Under the pieces are notes generated by a model. It saw nothing but the letters and a program-made list of their open reading frames with translations. It did no database searches and had not been told where the DNA came from. This document shows, piece after piece, positions 24,465 to 36,335 of a stretch of DNA of 64,000 nt; position 1 is the stretch's first letter; every line of letters begins with the position of its first letter. This DNA comes from Lophium mytilinum. Taxonomy: Eukaryota. Both the position numbers and the translations under genes were made by a program. The DNA lies in NCBI GenBank assembly GCA_010093605.1, contig MU004185.1:1385334-1449333 (forward strand). Reading direction: 5' to 3'.

Positions 24465-25334
24465 ACAGACGCTGTTGTTGCTGGAGACGGGGATGGGAAT
24501 GGGTGTGTGTAGTAGACGTGGCGATGAATCGATGATGATACCTATGCGATGCGGGCGTTTTTTTGAGCTTTGGGATGACCCGTTGGGATGTGGGGAGGGG
24601 TGAATATGAGTGGGCCTGGGAATGGAGGAAAGACATTGTTAGCTTTGTTTGCTGTGGATAAGCGTGAGATAGGCGGGCTAGCTGGTGGCTGGTTAATACG
24701 TTGGGCTGACGCCTGGAGAGGGCGTTTGTTCGCGGTACCTGCTTTTGGTTGTTTGTGGGTTGCGATTTGCTTGGGGAAAGAGATGATGAAAGCGATTCCT
24801 GGGACAGTAACATATCGGAAGAGAGGAATGGTTCGAGAGACAGGGCCCCTTTATATCTCTAGGCCGTCTAGTGTACGAGCTAACGTTGATAAGATGCCAA
24901 ATGGAGTGCACATTGCACATAATCTATGGAAAAGCTAGATTGGTTAGACGCTGTGGCCCCTATGGGTAGACAACGACGACCCTCGCCGTCCTCTAATGTC
25001 AACAAAAGTCACGAATCTAACCGTTCGAAGCTTGAACTGTTAAACGTAAGTGTGAAAGTGCATTCCAATGGCCTTCATACTTGAAGGGCTATTTTATTCG
25101 ATTTTCGTAATCTACTCTCGGAACGTCGTCCAAACCAGTATTCCGGTATACTCTCTGACCCTATTTGAATCCACGACCACCGCGCGGTCGGGCACTGTCA
25201 CGTCACCTTAGGCTTTTCGATTGAACCGCCGGCGTCCGGACTTTCCGCTGTGATCCCAAAATGACTGAATACCAAACGCCTTACACCAATGTATGCTTAG
25301 GAGTTATCGTTCTCCTTACGCAGCGGCTCGAAAC

Positions 25335-26343
25335 TCATAAAAGGAGGGCATTGATGCAGCCATCATTTTCCGGGTTACTGTAGCATATTAGCATCATCTT
25401 CGTAAAAACTACGACTAGACGAGATGAACTTGACTTACTTCGTAATCTGAGCATAACGACCCCATACTACCTTCCCGCCTGCCGTGACCAAGCCAAGATC
25501 GCTCACATTGACCTCAATGATCGTGCCCCGAGTGAGCACACCAAGCTGTGTGTACATCGGGTTCTGGGGGTTCTTCTTGACGGATATGATGGGAAGTTGG
25601 ACTGTGACTGCGAGCTCGGTGTGCGTAACGTTGGCCTTCTTGTACCGCAATCCCATAGGCCGAATAAAGCGCTCGTACTTGACGGGTCGGCGAGTGAAAT
25701 CAGGCCCAACAAAGGTAGGCTTTGTGACCACCCTCTTCCATCCCTTCTTTCTGTTTCGACGTTAGAATCGGCACTCTTCTAAGTAGGAAAGCGGGGGTGG
25801 CCAGGAGATACTTACTGTGTCTTCTTTCCTGTCTTTACGACTGAGAACATCTCCTCCTCAGATATGCCCTTGACCTTCGCTACAAATTATCAGCAGTGTT
25901 TGATTGCAGCGGTCCGATCAAGCTTACGTAGCGGAACGCTAAACCTAGCTGCCTTCTCATTGCGCTTCTGCTTGATGGCGCTGGAAAGCGCCTTCGCATT
26001 CTTCTCAGATGACCGATCCAGCAGATATTGTGGCAGTGGCGTGGATGACGGTTCGGCGGCTTCGCTGCTCTTGACATTTCGTTCCTCATGCGCCCTAATC
26101 GTCTTCTTCATCTGGATCTTCTCCTTCCTCCTCTTCTGCTGATACAGCTTCGCTCGGAGACCGCGGAAGTTCTGCGCATTTTCGCTGCCCTTGTGCTGCT
26201 CACGGGCTATGCGCTTGCGTTTTCGTTCTTCGTAGTCGAAGCTGTAGGATAATTTAGGGCCAGTCGCTCGGGAATACTGTGCGCGAGACGTACCGCTTGC
26301 CATGCTGCTTCGCATGTCTTTCCATATACTCATTCTGAGGCAT
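25335..26343 (-). CDS. NSA2: 60S biogenesis factor Nsa2
   Basis: MPQNEYME...[16 protein letters not shown]...RGLRAKLY...[28 protein letters not shown]...[13 protein letters not shown]. Four short introns. Confidence 0.95.
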
Positions 26344-26543
26344 TGTGACGGTAGTTCTCCCTTGGCGGAGGGGGGATAAAGTTTCGTGCTGGAGGGGCGG
26401 GAATGCGAGAGGTTGAAGAGAAATCGGGCGGGCGCCAAGATTTCGCCGGCCGGATCAACTAATCCGCCGTCTACAACTTTTGACCTGGGGCTTCTCGTCC
26501 GCGTCCAAATATCAAGGTATCAATTGCTTCCACAAATCTCACT

Positions 26544-27254
26544 ATGATATGCCGCCGTGCTTTCCTCGAGGCACGAAGTGCGCTCTCGTCATCCCTCAGG
26601 CCTCAACTCCGCGCCATCACAACCGTCTCTCACACCACCGACCCCTCGAGCATCCCCGAGACTCTCATCAATCCCGGCTCCATCTCTAAGAAGTCACCCA
26701 AATCCGCCGCCATTGACCCTCAATCGAATTCGCTACCTATGGCTATAACGCAACAGCCGTCACCACTACCTGCGACTCACATCTCCATCGAAGCCCCCGC
26801 GACCCCCTCCGCTCTCACAAAGAGCGTTAAGGAACTCCTCCCTCTCCTCCGCGCGCAGCCACCGTGGTACATTACCACCCACATCCATGGACGCCCATAC
26901 CTCATCACAGCCGGCGACACAATCCGCCTACCCTTCCGGATGCCAGACGTGCAACCCGGTGACATTCTCCGGCTGAATCGCGCGACACATATAGGCTCAC
27001 GCGACTTCACGCTGCGCGCACCAGCGCCAATAAAGGGCACGCGGGATGGACCGGGGAAGACGCTGTATTTGGATGAGAGACTATTCACGTGCCGGGCGAC
27101 GGTTTTGGGGACGGAGAGCGAACCGATGCGGATTAAGGAGAAGACGAAGAGGCGGCAGCGGCATATTAGGACGGTGAAGAGCAAGCACCGGTTTACGGTT
27201 TTGAGGGTTATGGAGGTGGATGTTAAGGATGTGGGGGAGGTGGAGGGGGCTTAG
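26544..27254 (+). CDS. MRPL49: Mitochondrial ribosomal protein bL21m
   Basis: Arg-rich presequence; HIHGRPYLITAGD, IGSRDFTL, KEKTKRRQRHIRTVKSKHRFTVLRV. Confidence 0.9.
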   Translation: MICRRAFLEARSALSSSLRPQLRAITTVSHTTDPSSIPETLINPGSISKKSPKSAAIDPQSNSLPMAITQQPSPLPATHISIEAPATPSALTKSVKELLPLLRAQPPWYITTHIHGRPYLITAGDTIRLPFRMPDVQPGDILRLNRATHIGSRDFTLRAPAPIKGTRDGPGKTLYLDERLFTCRATVLGTESEPMRIKEKTKRRQRHIRTVKSKHRFTVLRVMEVDVKDVGEVEGA

Positions 27255-27595
27255 GCATTTTGGAATCTATGGGCGAAGGAATGAGAGACGTCAAACGCAT
27301 CAATTGTACAATAAATGTGGAGATATGATGGGCAACATTGGTCAGCTTTCTGAATCATGTATATAAAGGTCTCTCCGGTCTCTTTGGACCAGAAGCTATC
27401 CCTCTACCAATGGGTATATCCGTGTCAAGATTCAGGCGCAACTTCGAGATGCTCTGCTAGTGCTCATGTTCTTTTCCTTCTTGGAACCAGCTAAGGCTTT
27501 GGACAAATACATAACCTTGCCTTCGGAGCTGGAGTAGCTAACCTCTCATGGCATGTTTTGCTATGATATCTTTGCATTCTCTGAAATTCTGTGTC

Positions 27596-28900
27596 TCAAT
27601 GCACCATGTGAGCCGCATAGTAGTCCTGCTTATGTTAGCACAAGAGCGACAGGTTGTCTAGCAGCTAACTCACGGGATATTGCGTCTGTATCATAGTCGT
27701 CACCTTCTCTACCTCCTCTGACAGACTCTGGACATTAGCATCCCACTTCCTCAGTTCTCTACCAACGATCCTCTCGGCATGGCCAGTCTTCCTCTCTCCA
27801 CTCCCTTCGCCCTCGAAGAAGATGAACCGGTCAATCTGGTCGATGTGGCCAGCCAACCGCCCTTGTTCTATCATCTGTGCAGCGTATGTCTCAGCCCGCT
27901 CGGCATCCACACCAAGGAGCTCACCCAACTGATCAAGCCCAATGTTGTTGTAGAGCCGTGAGGCACCTAGGAGGTTGTGCTCCAGCACAGCTTTGTCCAG
28001 TACTGTTGACCCATCCGAGGTTTTCGCCAGTTGATGGGGAGAGAGCTTCTCAGCGAACGTCTTGACTTCCTTGGGAGACAGCAACCTATCGAAGAAGATC
28101 TTCTCTAGAATGCCAAACTCCTCGACCTGCGAAGCCCGATCGTCCTTGTACAATCTCGCCAGTGTCCGACCGCGTTGAGGTCCAGCAGGTGCGAGGACAG
28201 CGCACACGATAGCCGCAGAGAGAGCTCGCAACCGCTCATCCTCGTCGATGATAGTCTCGAAACTCAGGTTCTGGTAGGCCTGGCTAGCTTCAAGGAAGCT
28301 GCGCTGAGAGTCGAGAATCCTAGCCCGACTGAGTTGGAACTGCAGCCTGGTTTCTTTGTCGTGCACACCAAAGAGAACATTCTTCACGCGATTGATATAT
28401 CCAAATGCATTCGTCGGGTCGTCCTCCTCGAGATAGCACCGCACAATCCGAATCCACACCTTCGCCTTGTCGTCGTCCGACACCGCGCGCTGAGACGAGT
28501 CGAGCGTTATCCTCTGTAGGATTTGTGCAGAGCTCCGAAAGTCCTCCTGGGTTTCGTACGCATCCGCTAGTATCTCCTTGATCTGCGTATCTTGCTCCTC
28601 GTATGAGACTACTTTGGGCGCTAGTAGCTCCAGCACCTTCTGCCCCACTTCAATTTTGACATCTGGATCCTTCACGTGGCGGAACTGGTCGACGAAGGCG
28701 GCGAGAAGCGGGCGGGAGGCGACTATGCCTAGCGAGTCTCCGAGAAGTGATCTGACGTAGGTGATCAAGTTGCCTGGTAATGTGTCGGGGGTGGAAGTGG
28801 TGATGATAGCTTGGAGAAGCTCGTTGTACCCAGCAGACTTGTCGGCTGCCGTAGAGGATTCTACCCGCGCGAGGGCTGAAGGGACGTCTAATGCAGGCAT
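27596..28900 (-). CDS. CSN4: COP9 signalosome subunit 4
   Basis: AVLAPAGPQR, LYKDDR, DGSTVLDKAVLEHNLLGASRLYNNI (PCI domain). A terminal intron adds DYYAAHMVH*. Confidence 0.93.
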
Positions 28901-29185
28901 GGTGGATGGTGTGGAAGGAGAGCTCGTGGTTGGTGGTGTTGGAATAGTTTGATGATGCGGAGTTGGCGGAGGTGATGAGGGGAGCTCTAGTTAGGCAGCA
29001 AGTCACCCACAGCAGAAGCTAGTTAGACCTTTTCACCGCTTCAATCACTATGTACAATAGTTTGGAGAGTAACATGAACCAAATCAAAGTGAGGTTCAAC
29101 TTCAATTTGTGCATTTACGCTTAAACGCAGCTTCACTAGGGAATTTATGTAGTCGGGAACACTATATACAGCCCCACTACAGCCT

Positions 29186-30099
29186 TCATTTCTTGGCCGC
29201 AGCTTTCTTGACCTCAGTTTTGTCTGATGCAGTCATACGTGTCTTGTACTCTCGCGGGCTCTCCATATCCTTTGCCCTCTGTCCACGAAGCCTTTCCCAC
29301 AGCGAAGGTTGTGTCCATATGCCCTTGGTCGCCAGACGCGCTTTCTCCTCCGCCTTCCTGTATTTTTCCTCAAACTTCCCGAATTCGGAACCGCTTTTGG
29401 CTTCGTATATGGTCGCCAGACCGCTCTTGAGCATTTCCAGTCCCACATCCCGCCTGAAAAGCCCTTTGCGAACAAACACCGTAGCTATGACCCGGTCGTA
29501 TTGATCGCGTCGATATATCTTAGCTCTCACGCGCCGATTGAGGATATATGCGGATAGCCAGTCGTAAGCTTCTTTAGAGTATGGCTGTGCAGGGTGGCCG
29601 AAGTGTGCCATTTCAGGTGCATCGATACCGGCTATGCGGATGTGAAGCTGGATATACTTGTGAGCACGGGCTTCGAGGAACTGGGTGCAAGTACATGATG
29701 CTCTAGAGAATTAATACGTACAGTCTTAGCAGACAGTTCATCCCGCCTTTTCGGCACCCTCTTCCATGGAAGCCAGCCCCATCCTGCTATCCTCCCTCCC
29801 GGTGTATGGAAGAATCGGAAATTGTCCGCATCTCCGACGCTCGTCACTTTCCCAAAAAGACTCCGCCGCCTGAAGAGGTCTGGTTTTATGTAGTTGACAC
29901 TGGGTATACGCCGGAGATATGATTTGTACAACCGAATGAGTGTAAGTGTGGTGATTGTGAGGAGGACCGAAGGGACAACAGTGCGAGCTTCGGTGTACTG
30001 CGACCAGTCTGTCGTGTTCAAGCTCTCAGCCCATGATACAGGGCGCTTTCTGTCGCTGTCATCGACGTTGTGCGGATTCTGCGACCAAGGCCATCGCAT
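29186..30099 (-). CDS. LCL3: Staphylococcal-nuclease-like endonuclease Lcl3
   Basis: N-terminal [20 protein letters not shown], intron 29648-29721, [24 protein letters not shown]. Confidence 0.9.
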
Positions 30100-30399
30100 T
30101 GTTGGCTCTGCTTGGTGGTGATGGTGATGTTAGCCTGAGATCCCTGGCCATTTTCTGGTGGACCGTCACTCGTGCACGTGCACGCGGGCCGGAATATCAA
30201 CTTGAGCCAAAGACATTAATATTGTCACTTAGATACCCAGAAGGCGAGGGAACTCGTTGTTTGATATAATTTCTTGATTAAGTGGTGTATTCTGACGATC
30301 TCATTTGTCAAGCTATCTCTAGTGTTCAATGGTCTAATATATGATCTAGGTACCTAGGTAGCGTGCCAGGAGATGTGCTGCTAATATCGCTGCTATCAT

Positions 30400-32068
30400 C
30401 TACCTCGAACCCTCGTTGGTTCGGCTCTTCAACTTCGTCCACCCATTCACGCCCCTCGATTTTCCTTGTCCCATGTCCTCGGTCTCAACAGCTGCGGTGG
30501 CGGCTGTAGCTGCTGCAGAAGTAGCTACACTCATGACACTGCGGGTATCGTCTGTCAGACCTGTGTTTCTCCGCTTTGGCCCAACAAGGATGGGCTCTTC
30601 AGCGATCACATCGTCCATACCGTGCCACTCTTTCTGGTCCAGCACCTCCCAGCCTTGAACTTGCTGATCAGCAAGTAGCATAGCGCTCAAGCTGTCAACG
30701 ATCTTAGGTGGTGTCAATTTCCAGCCTCGAAGATAACCCGCGTTTTCAGCGGCCCCGAGGAAAGAGTGCGAAGTCCCGTGGGAAAATTCACCGAATTTGA
30801 CACTCGCTCTGGAAGGTCGTGTCGGGGTTCCGGTCTGGCTCCTGCCATTACCGGATGTGAGCTCTCTTCGCGAATCGGTTCTGGTCGTAGAAGGTCGGTG
30901 GCCCTGCTCAAGAAGAAGACGGAACAAGTTTCTTCCCAAGGAGCAGACATCTTCCCACTCATTGAACTCATCCTGCAAGCCTTGGGTTCGGCACAACCAA
31001 GCTACATCGTATGCCAGGAGTGACACGCCTTCCAGGAACATGGCGTACGCCTGCGGGTCTTGCGTAGCCAGGTCCATCAACGGTCGATCAATAAATAGTG
31101 TCCGGGGTCGCGGGAGAGGCCTGTGGTGCTCAAAGCTTCGCGATGCATCTGGGCTATTGCTTGTAGAAGCTGTTGGCGTAGTACCTGGGAAAGGAACGTC
31201 TCGAGATTGATAGGAGGAGGATGGAGAAAAAATCGTTGGTAGGGGATAGTCTCGGTGTGGTAGTGTAACCTCGGCGGGGAGGCGGACAGTGAGATAGTGA
31301 GATATTTGAACCACGAGCTGAGCTACAGCTGTGATCGAAGCCGAAACCTCGAAGAACGAAGCATCTGAGAAGTTTAGCTATTACCCATAGTCCTACTTAG
31401 GTGAGCCTACTGTTCAAGTCTCGGAGGTCGACAATCGGAAGGGTATCACCCGGACCGATGTAGTATATATCGTACAAACCCCCGTCTTTAGCCTTCCGCC
31501 ATTTCTGCTTCAAGCCAGAGAGCTTGGCAGCTTCTTCGCACAATGTAACACGAGCCCTTACGGTGTAACTGTGATATTTATCCCAGTTGTGTTTCGTCTC
31601 GTTGATACTCTCTTGTACATTATCCAGTTCCTTCTTTCGTCGTGCGGTGATGTTATGCTGCACCGACTGGAGGTCGGAGTGACGCTGGGCCAGGACAGCC
31701 TTTCGAGCAGCGTATTCCTTCCTAGCTTGCTCTAACTGCTGTTGTAGCATAGAAGCATGCTCGTTGATTTGGGTTGTGGTCTCCTTGATCAAGGCAGTCT
31801 CAGCCTTTGTCTGTTCTAGCTCCGCGCCCATGGTGCACTTCTCCCGGTCTACCATTATAGTCGTGTGGGAGTTTCTGATGCTATAGTGCGTCTCTGCACT
31901 CTCATCTCCTTGGACGACGGCCGTGACGCGCCTTGCCTCTTGCTCTCGGTCTAGGAGAACTTCTGCAAGCTGCGCGCGGTGAGGAAACAGGGTGGCTCGG
32001 GCGCATGTTGCGCAGTGAAAGGGCGATGGTTCTGAGCCTATGGCCCTGTTGCAGACAGTACACTCCAT
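30400..32068 (-). CDS. Atg14/Vps38 (UVRAG-like) class III PI3K complex subunit
   Basis: MECTVC...FHCATCAR cysteine pairs and a long coiled coil. One short intron near 31.37-31.41 kb. SHYLTVRLPAEVTLP, PRPRTLFID, FLEGVSLLAYDVAWLCRTQG. Confidence 0.82.
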
Positions 32069-32530
32069 GGTGTGAGAAGAGGTGGTCGGTTCGAGGTTAT
32101 CCAACCGGTGGTGGTGTGTGTATGGAGAGCGAAGCTGTAAGGCAGCATGATTGCGGCAGGCGGCTCTTAGGGTATTCAACGCTCCATATTCACCAGCCTG
32201 CGATAATTACGTTTTGAAGATGGCGATAGCAAAGGCCGTACGGGCGAACTGTAGATATAAGCGGCGTGTATTTGTAGGGGCGATGTGAGGGAACATCAAT
32301 GTGCGAGATGTAAGGTGGGAGGTCATGTACCCCAATGACGCCGGAGCCAGATCCCTGCATTTCTAATCTTGGCAAAACGCGGACCTCCACCCTCACCTCC
32401 GTGCCTTAGGCCCCCACACCCCCACCACCTAACCACAACTGAGGTCAAGGTCACGCTTCTGAGAGCATGGAAACATGACTTGATCATTCACTCACCCACA
32501 GCAACTGACACTGCTCCTCACAGCCCTCTC

Positions 32531-33322
32531 ATGGACCTTCCCTCATCCGGACTTTCTGATCCTCCATCATCGCCTGCATCCTGTGGCCAACCAGCGATTC
32601 TAAACATCGTCACTGATCGCAAAAGGTCCTTCGCCGAAATGGTTGATACTCGCCAGTCCAAGAACGGACGAGCTAGAGAGCCCATCCCTACACGAAGGGA
32701 AGAGCGCTCACAGAGCCCAACACTTACCGCGAAGGGCGAAGGGCGATCGTCTCCAGACTCGCAAACTACTCAGCGCCAGATTCTTTCGGACGAAAACGAT
32801 GCTCCAGAGCTGAATGGAGCAGAAGCAACAGAGCCCGTCGACCCGGCTGAGAAGATTGAGGACTTCGACTGGGGTAATCTCGAAGAACGGTACCATGACG
32901 CTATGGACAAGAACATTGATGTCGAGCAACGACTCACGGAAGAATGGGACGACCTTATGAATGTAATCAGCTCTACCCTTGTTTAGCATCTTCTTTCGAT
33001 ATTGATCTTGGTCCACAGTTCTTCAGCATATGGCAAGAAGCCAGCAAGCACCACGAGGTCGATCGCTCGTTCAGACGGTAAAGCCCTTGATCAACGCTGT
33101 GTATAAGAATGCAAGTACTGATATACTATGCAGCCTTCGGACGCGGACGGCTCACGTGCAAAACTCGGAAGAGAACCTCGAGAAAACGAGGGTTCATTGT
33201 AAGTGACGCTTTGCCACGGCTAGACAACTGGTATCTCTCCATGAGCATAGACTAATCACTTCGCAGACATTCAAGTCGTCAGGGCTTTCGAGAGTGCGTT
33301 AGACCTGCTGAACACGCGCTGA
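32531..33322 (+). CDS. Hypothetical fungal protein with C-terminal coiled coil
   Basis: Three canonical introns splice EDFDWGNLEERY...LMN/FFSIWQEAS...FRR/LRTRTAHVQNSEENLEKTRVH/YIQVVRAFESALDLLNTR* into one frame. Confidence 0.72.
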
Positions 33323-33944
33323 AGGCAATGACCGACGTGCTCTCCAGGTGCTCTGAACCTTACCCTTCATCACCGAGGATGGCAACAAATGTTCACTGAG
33401 GCGCCCTGGACTGTTTCCGGGAAATCTGAACGAGTTCATTCGCCGGCTGCATCGACTCCTGACCGCCGTCATCAAGCGTCCCCCGAAGATGTGTATCCAG
33501 GGTCTGATTTCCATCTGAAAAGGTGTACCGTCTTGTAGGCGTTGGCGGAATACCCTGTGTTTAGTACTACTATTTGCTTGTCTGTTGTTTGTTTTGCACA
33601 TGCATAGCGTTGCCTGGCGTTTGTTTCTGTGCCACATAGTCGTAACTTTTTCTGCTATGTTTCAATTGAGCTTTCTATATAAACGCCTAGTCCATCATCT
33701 ATACTTCTTGTGACCCAGGTCTATTTTGCCCATCGGGCTTAGTGAGCCCTAATGGTGGCTATATCGCATCACAACATGTCCAACTGCTCAATATGAAAAC
33801 AAAGTCTATGTAGCCTCGGTCAAAGGTCTTTGACCAGTGGTAATACTGGAAAAAAAAAGGGTACAAAAGACATCAGATGCGCGGGTATGCAGAGATGCGA
33901 TTCCAAAAAGCTCCCATATGTTCAGAGCATAACAACAAGAACGC

Positions 33945-35316
33945 TCATAGCAGAGGGTTAGATCGGTACTCTGGCACAACCCCATTCGTCTGGGACTTCT
34001 CGGCTTGGTTCTCGGCGTCGAGTCCGTTCTCAACGGCCGGTTCTTGATCCATGAGCCACTTTTCGGCCTCGAGGGCTGCCACACATCCAGAGCCTGCCAC
34101 TAGTTAGCTTTTGTGTACTGCAGATGAGAACTCGAGATCTACTGACCTGCACTCGTGATGGCCTGTCTGTACCGCTTATCTTGTACGTCTCCGGCGGCGA
34201 ACACGCCCTCGACGCTAGTTAGACCTCTACCGGCCTGTGTGATGAGATAGCCATCCTCGTCCATGTCAAGCTGCCCCTTGAAGAGTGTGGTTGCTGGGTC
34301 GTGTCCCACAGCGTAGAACAGACCCCTTGCTTCGATTTCTTGCTCCTCTCCAGTGACGTTGTTCTTGATAACAAGAGATGACATGAGCCCATTCTTTTTC
34401 TCCTCGCCCTTTATAAGCACACCGCTATGGTTGAACTTGACCTCAACCTTCGGGTGCGTCGTCAGACGGCGCGCGTTTGTCCTGCTGGCCCGTAGTTTGT
34501 CCCTCCGTACCAGGACTGTAACCTTCTTGGCCTTCTTCGTCAGATACAATGCCTCTTCAACGGCTGAGTCGCCTCCACCAATGACAACCAAAGACTGATC
34601 TCTGAACATGGGCAGCGAGCCATCGCAAACAGCGCATGCTGAAACACCATTGCCCCAGTACTGGGTTTCTCCGGGCAAATCAAGCCTTCGAGCCTTTGCG
34701 CCTGTGGCGATTATCACCGAGTCCGCGGTGTGCTCCTCCGGTTCGATCTCCTCATCGTCTCCCATGGGGTGTAGCCAGTATTTGAAAGGGCGGGTCTTTA
34801 GGTCGATTTTCGCGACAGTCTGGGATACGATCTCGGTGCCGCATTCTTCGGATTGTTCGCGCATTTGGTCCTACATCGCGAGGTCTATTAGCCGGTTTCC
34901 TTATAATCTTGTAAGGGAAAAATAGGGCTTACCATCAATTTACCGCCCTGGATCTTCTTGAAGCCGGGGTAGTTCTCGACTTCGTCCGTGGTGGTCAATT
35001 GTCCGCCGGCAGCGATTCCGAGCGCGAGGAAGCCTTCGTATAGGACCGCTATTCCAAGATTAGCCAATATCCACACGGCCACGAGGGATCAAAGTACACA
35101 CGATTCAGATCAGCCCGAGCGGCATAAATGGCGGCTGTATGGCCAGCTGGGCCGGAGCTGTAGTCTGTCTGTCAGCATGTGTTGCCAGACAAGAGGTGTC
35201 GCGTGTGTGGGGAGCAACAACGCGTTTGACGTACCCAATGACTGCCGGTTCTGTTAGCAATGGGCTTTCTAGCGGCAAGACTGGAGGCGAAACTTACTGA
35301 CAACTTTCGAATGCAT
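33945..35316 (-). CDS. TRR1: Thioredoxin reductase (low-MW, fungal/bacterial type)
   Basis: [20 protein letters not shown] (assembled via a 7-nt micro-exon), [16 protein letters not shown], active site [33 protein letters not shown], ends YRSNPLL*. Confidence 0.96.
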
Positions 35317-35559
35317 ATTCCGGGAGCCTCTGGCGACTGTAGATAGAGGTTTAGGAAGTTGAGGGAGCCCCGCGGCAGCCGAGTTTCGCTGCTGGAACGA
35401 TGCGGCTGCTGCGATCGGGATTGCAAGGGAAGATAATATGGGAGAGGCACTGGCTCTGCGAAGAGTTGAGGCGAACAGGATGGCGGCTGGCGAGGTGGGT
35501 TGCTTTGTTGTACTTATTCACTCGGGCACGAGGGGTGTTGTCCGAGGCTGTCGAAGATC

Positions 35560-35565
35560 TTTATA
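35560..35565 (-). promoter_or_regulatory. Candidate TATA box of thioredoxin reductase
   Basis: TATAAA on the minus strand about 80 nt upstream of the proposed CUG start, with a CCAAT/ATTGG at 35569-35573. Confidence 0.4.
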
Positions 35566-36335
35566 GAGCCAATAGTGGGGGAATCCTCTAGAAGTTCGAT
35601 GTGCAGTGACAATTACTCTGGCGCAAGGTGTAGGGTATGGCGTGGATTTGTGAGGGCAGGGAGTGACAGATGATGAAGTAGATCGTGGTGAGTTGCAAGA
35701 CAAATGTAAATTTGGTTGCGATATCGCCATCGATGCCGATGGCCGTCTAGCCCTCCCGCCCTGCTTACGAACCGCGACTTCGAGACCTTTGGGGATTTAT
35801 CACGCCCGAAACCCCACCGACAGAGCCTGTCCCACCTCTATTTGTCCATGCTATTCTGGACCCTTCGTCCGGTGCGTGATTCAGGAGCCGAGCCGAAATA
35901 CTACCTCCTACATACAAATATGCGCCTCGGAACTTCAGCCGACCAGGATACAAAGAGTACTAACACTGGCGGGCCTGGAAACAGTGCATTGTCATCAATA
36001 CTTACCCCTTGTGACCATGTTCTATTCGCTCTCTTAGTGCTTTAATCAATGTGCGATAACTGGATGATGCGAGGTCGTTAAACCGTTCATACGGTAAACT
36101 TAAGGCCATCTGAGACATCAGAACGGCGCATACAAACTGGACGTGTGACCTGTCGCTCCAGATCGGTGTCGCTCCTTCGAGGTCTACAAGCAGCAGAAAG
36201 GGAGTATATGCAGATACATAACAAGGCACTATCACGACGTCATAGGACTTCGCATGTATAAGCGGGATGCGCGATTCCGAATCAACGTCTCAGCCCTGTT
36301 AGGCCTGTGTACAGCAGATCCACTATGATATACCA

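Noticed and set aside
35716..35953. GC-rich stretch between TRR1 and TRM82 as a possible ncRNA or small gene
   Set aside because: No tRNA, snRNA, SRP or snoRNA hallmarks recognised; the ORFs are short with non-ATG starts.
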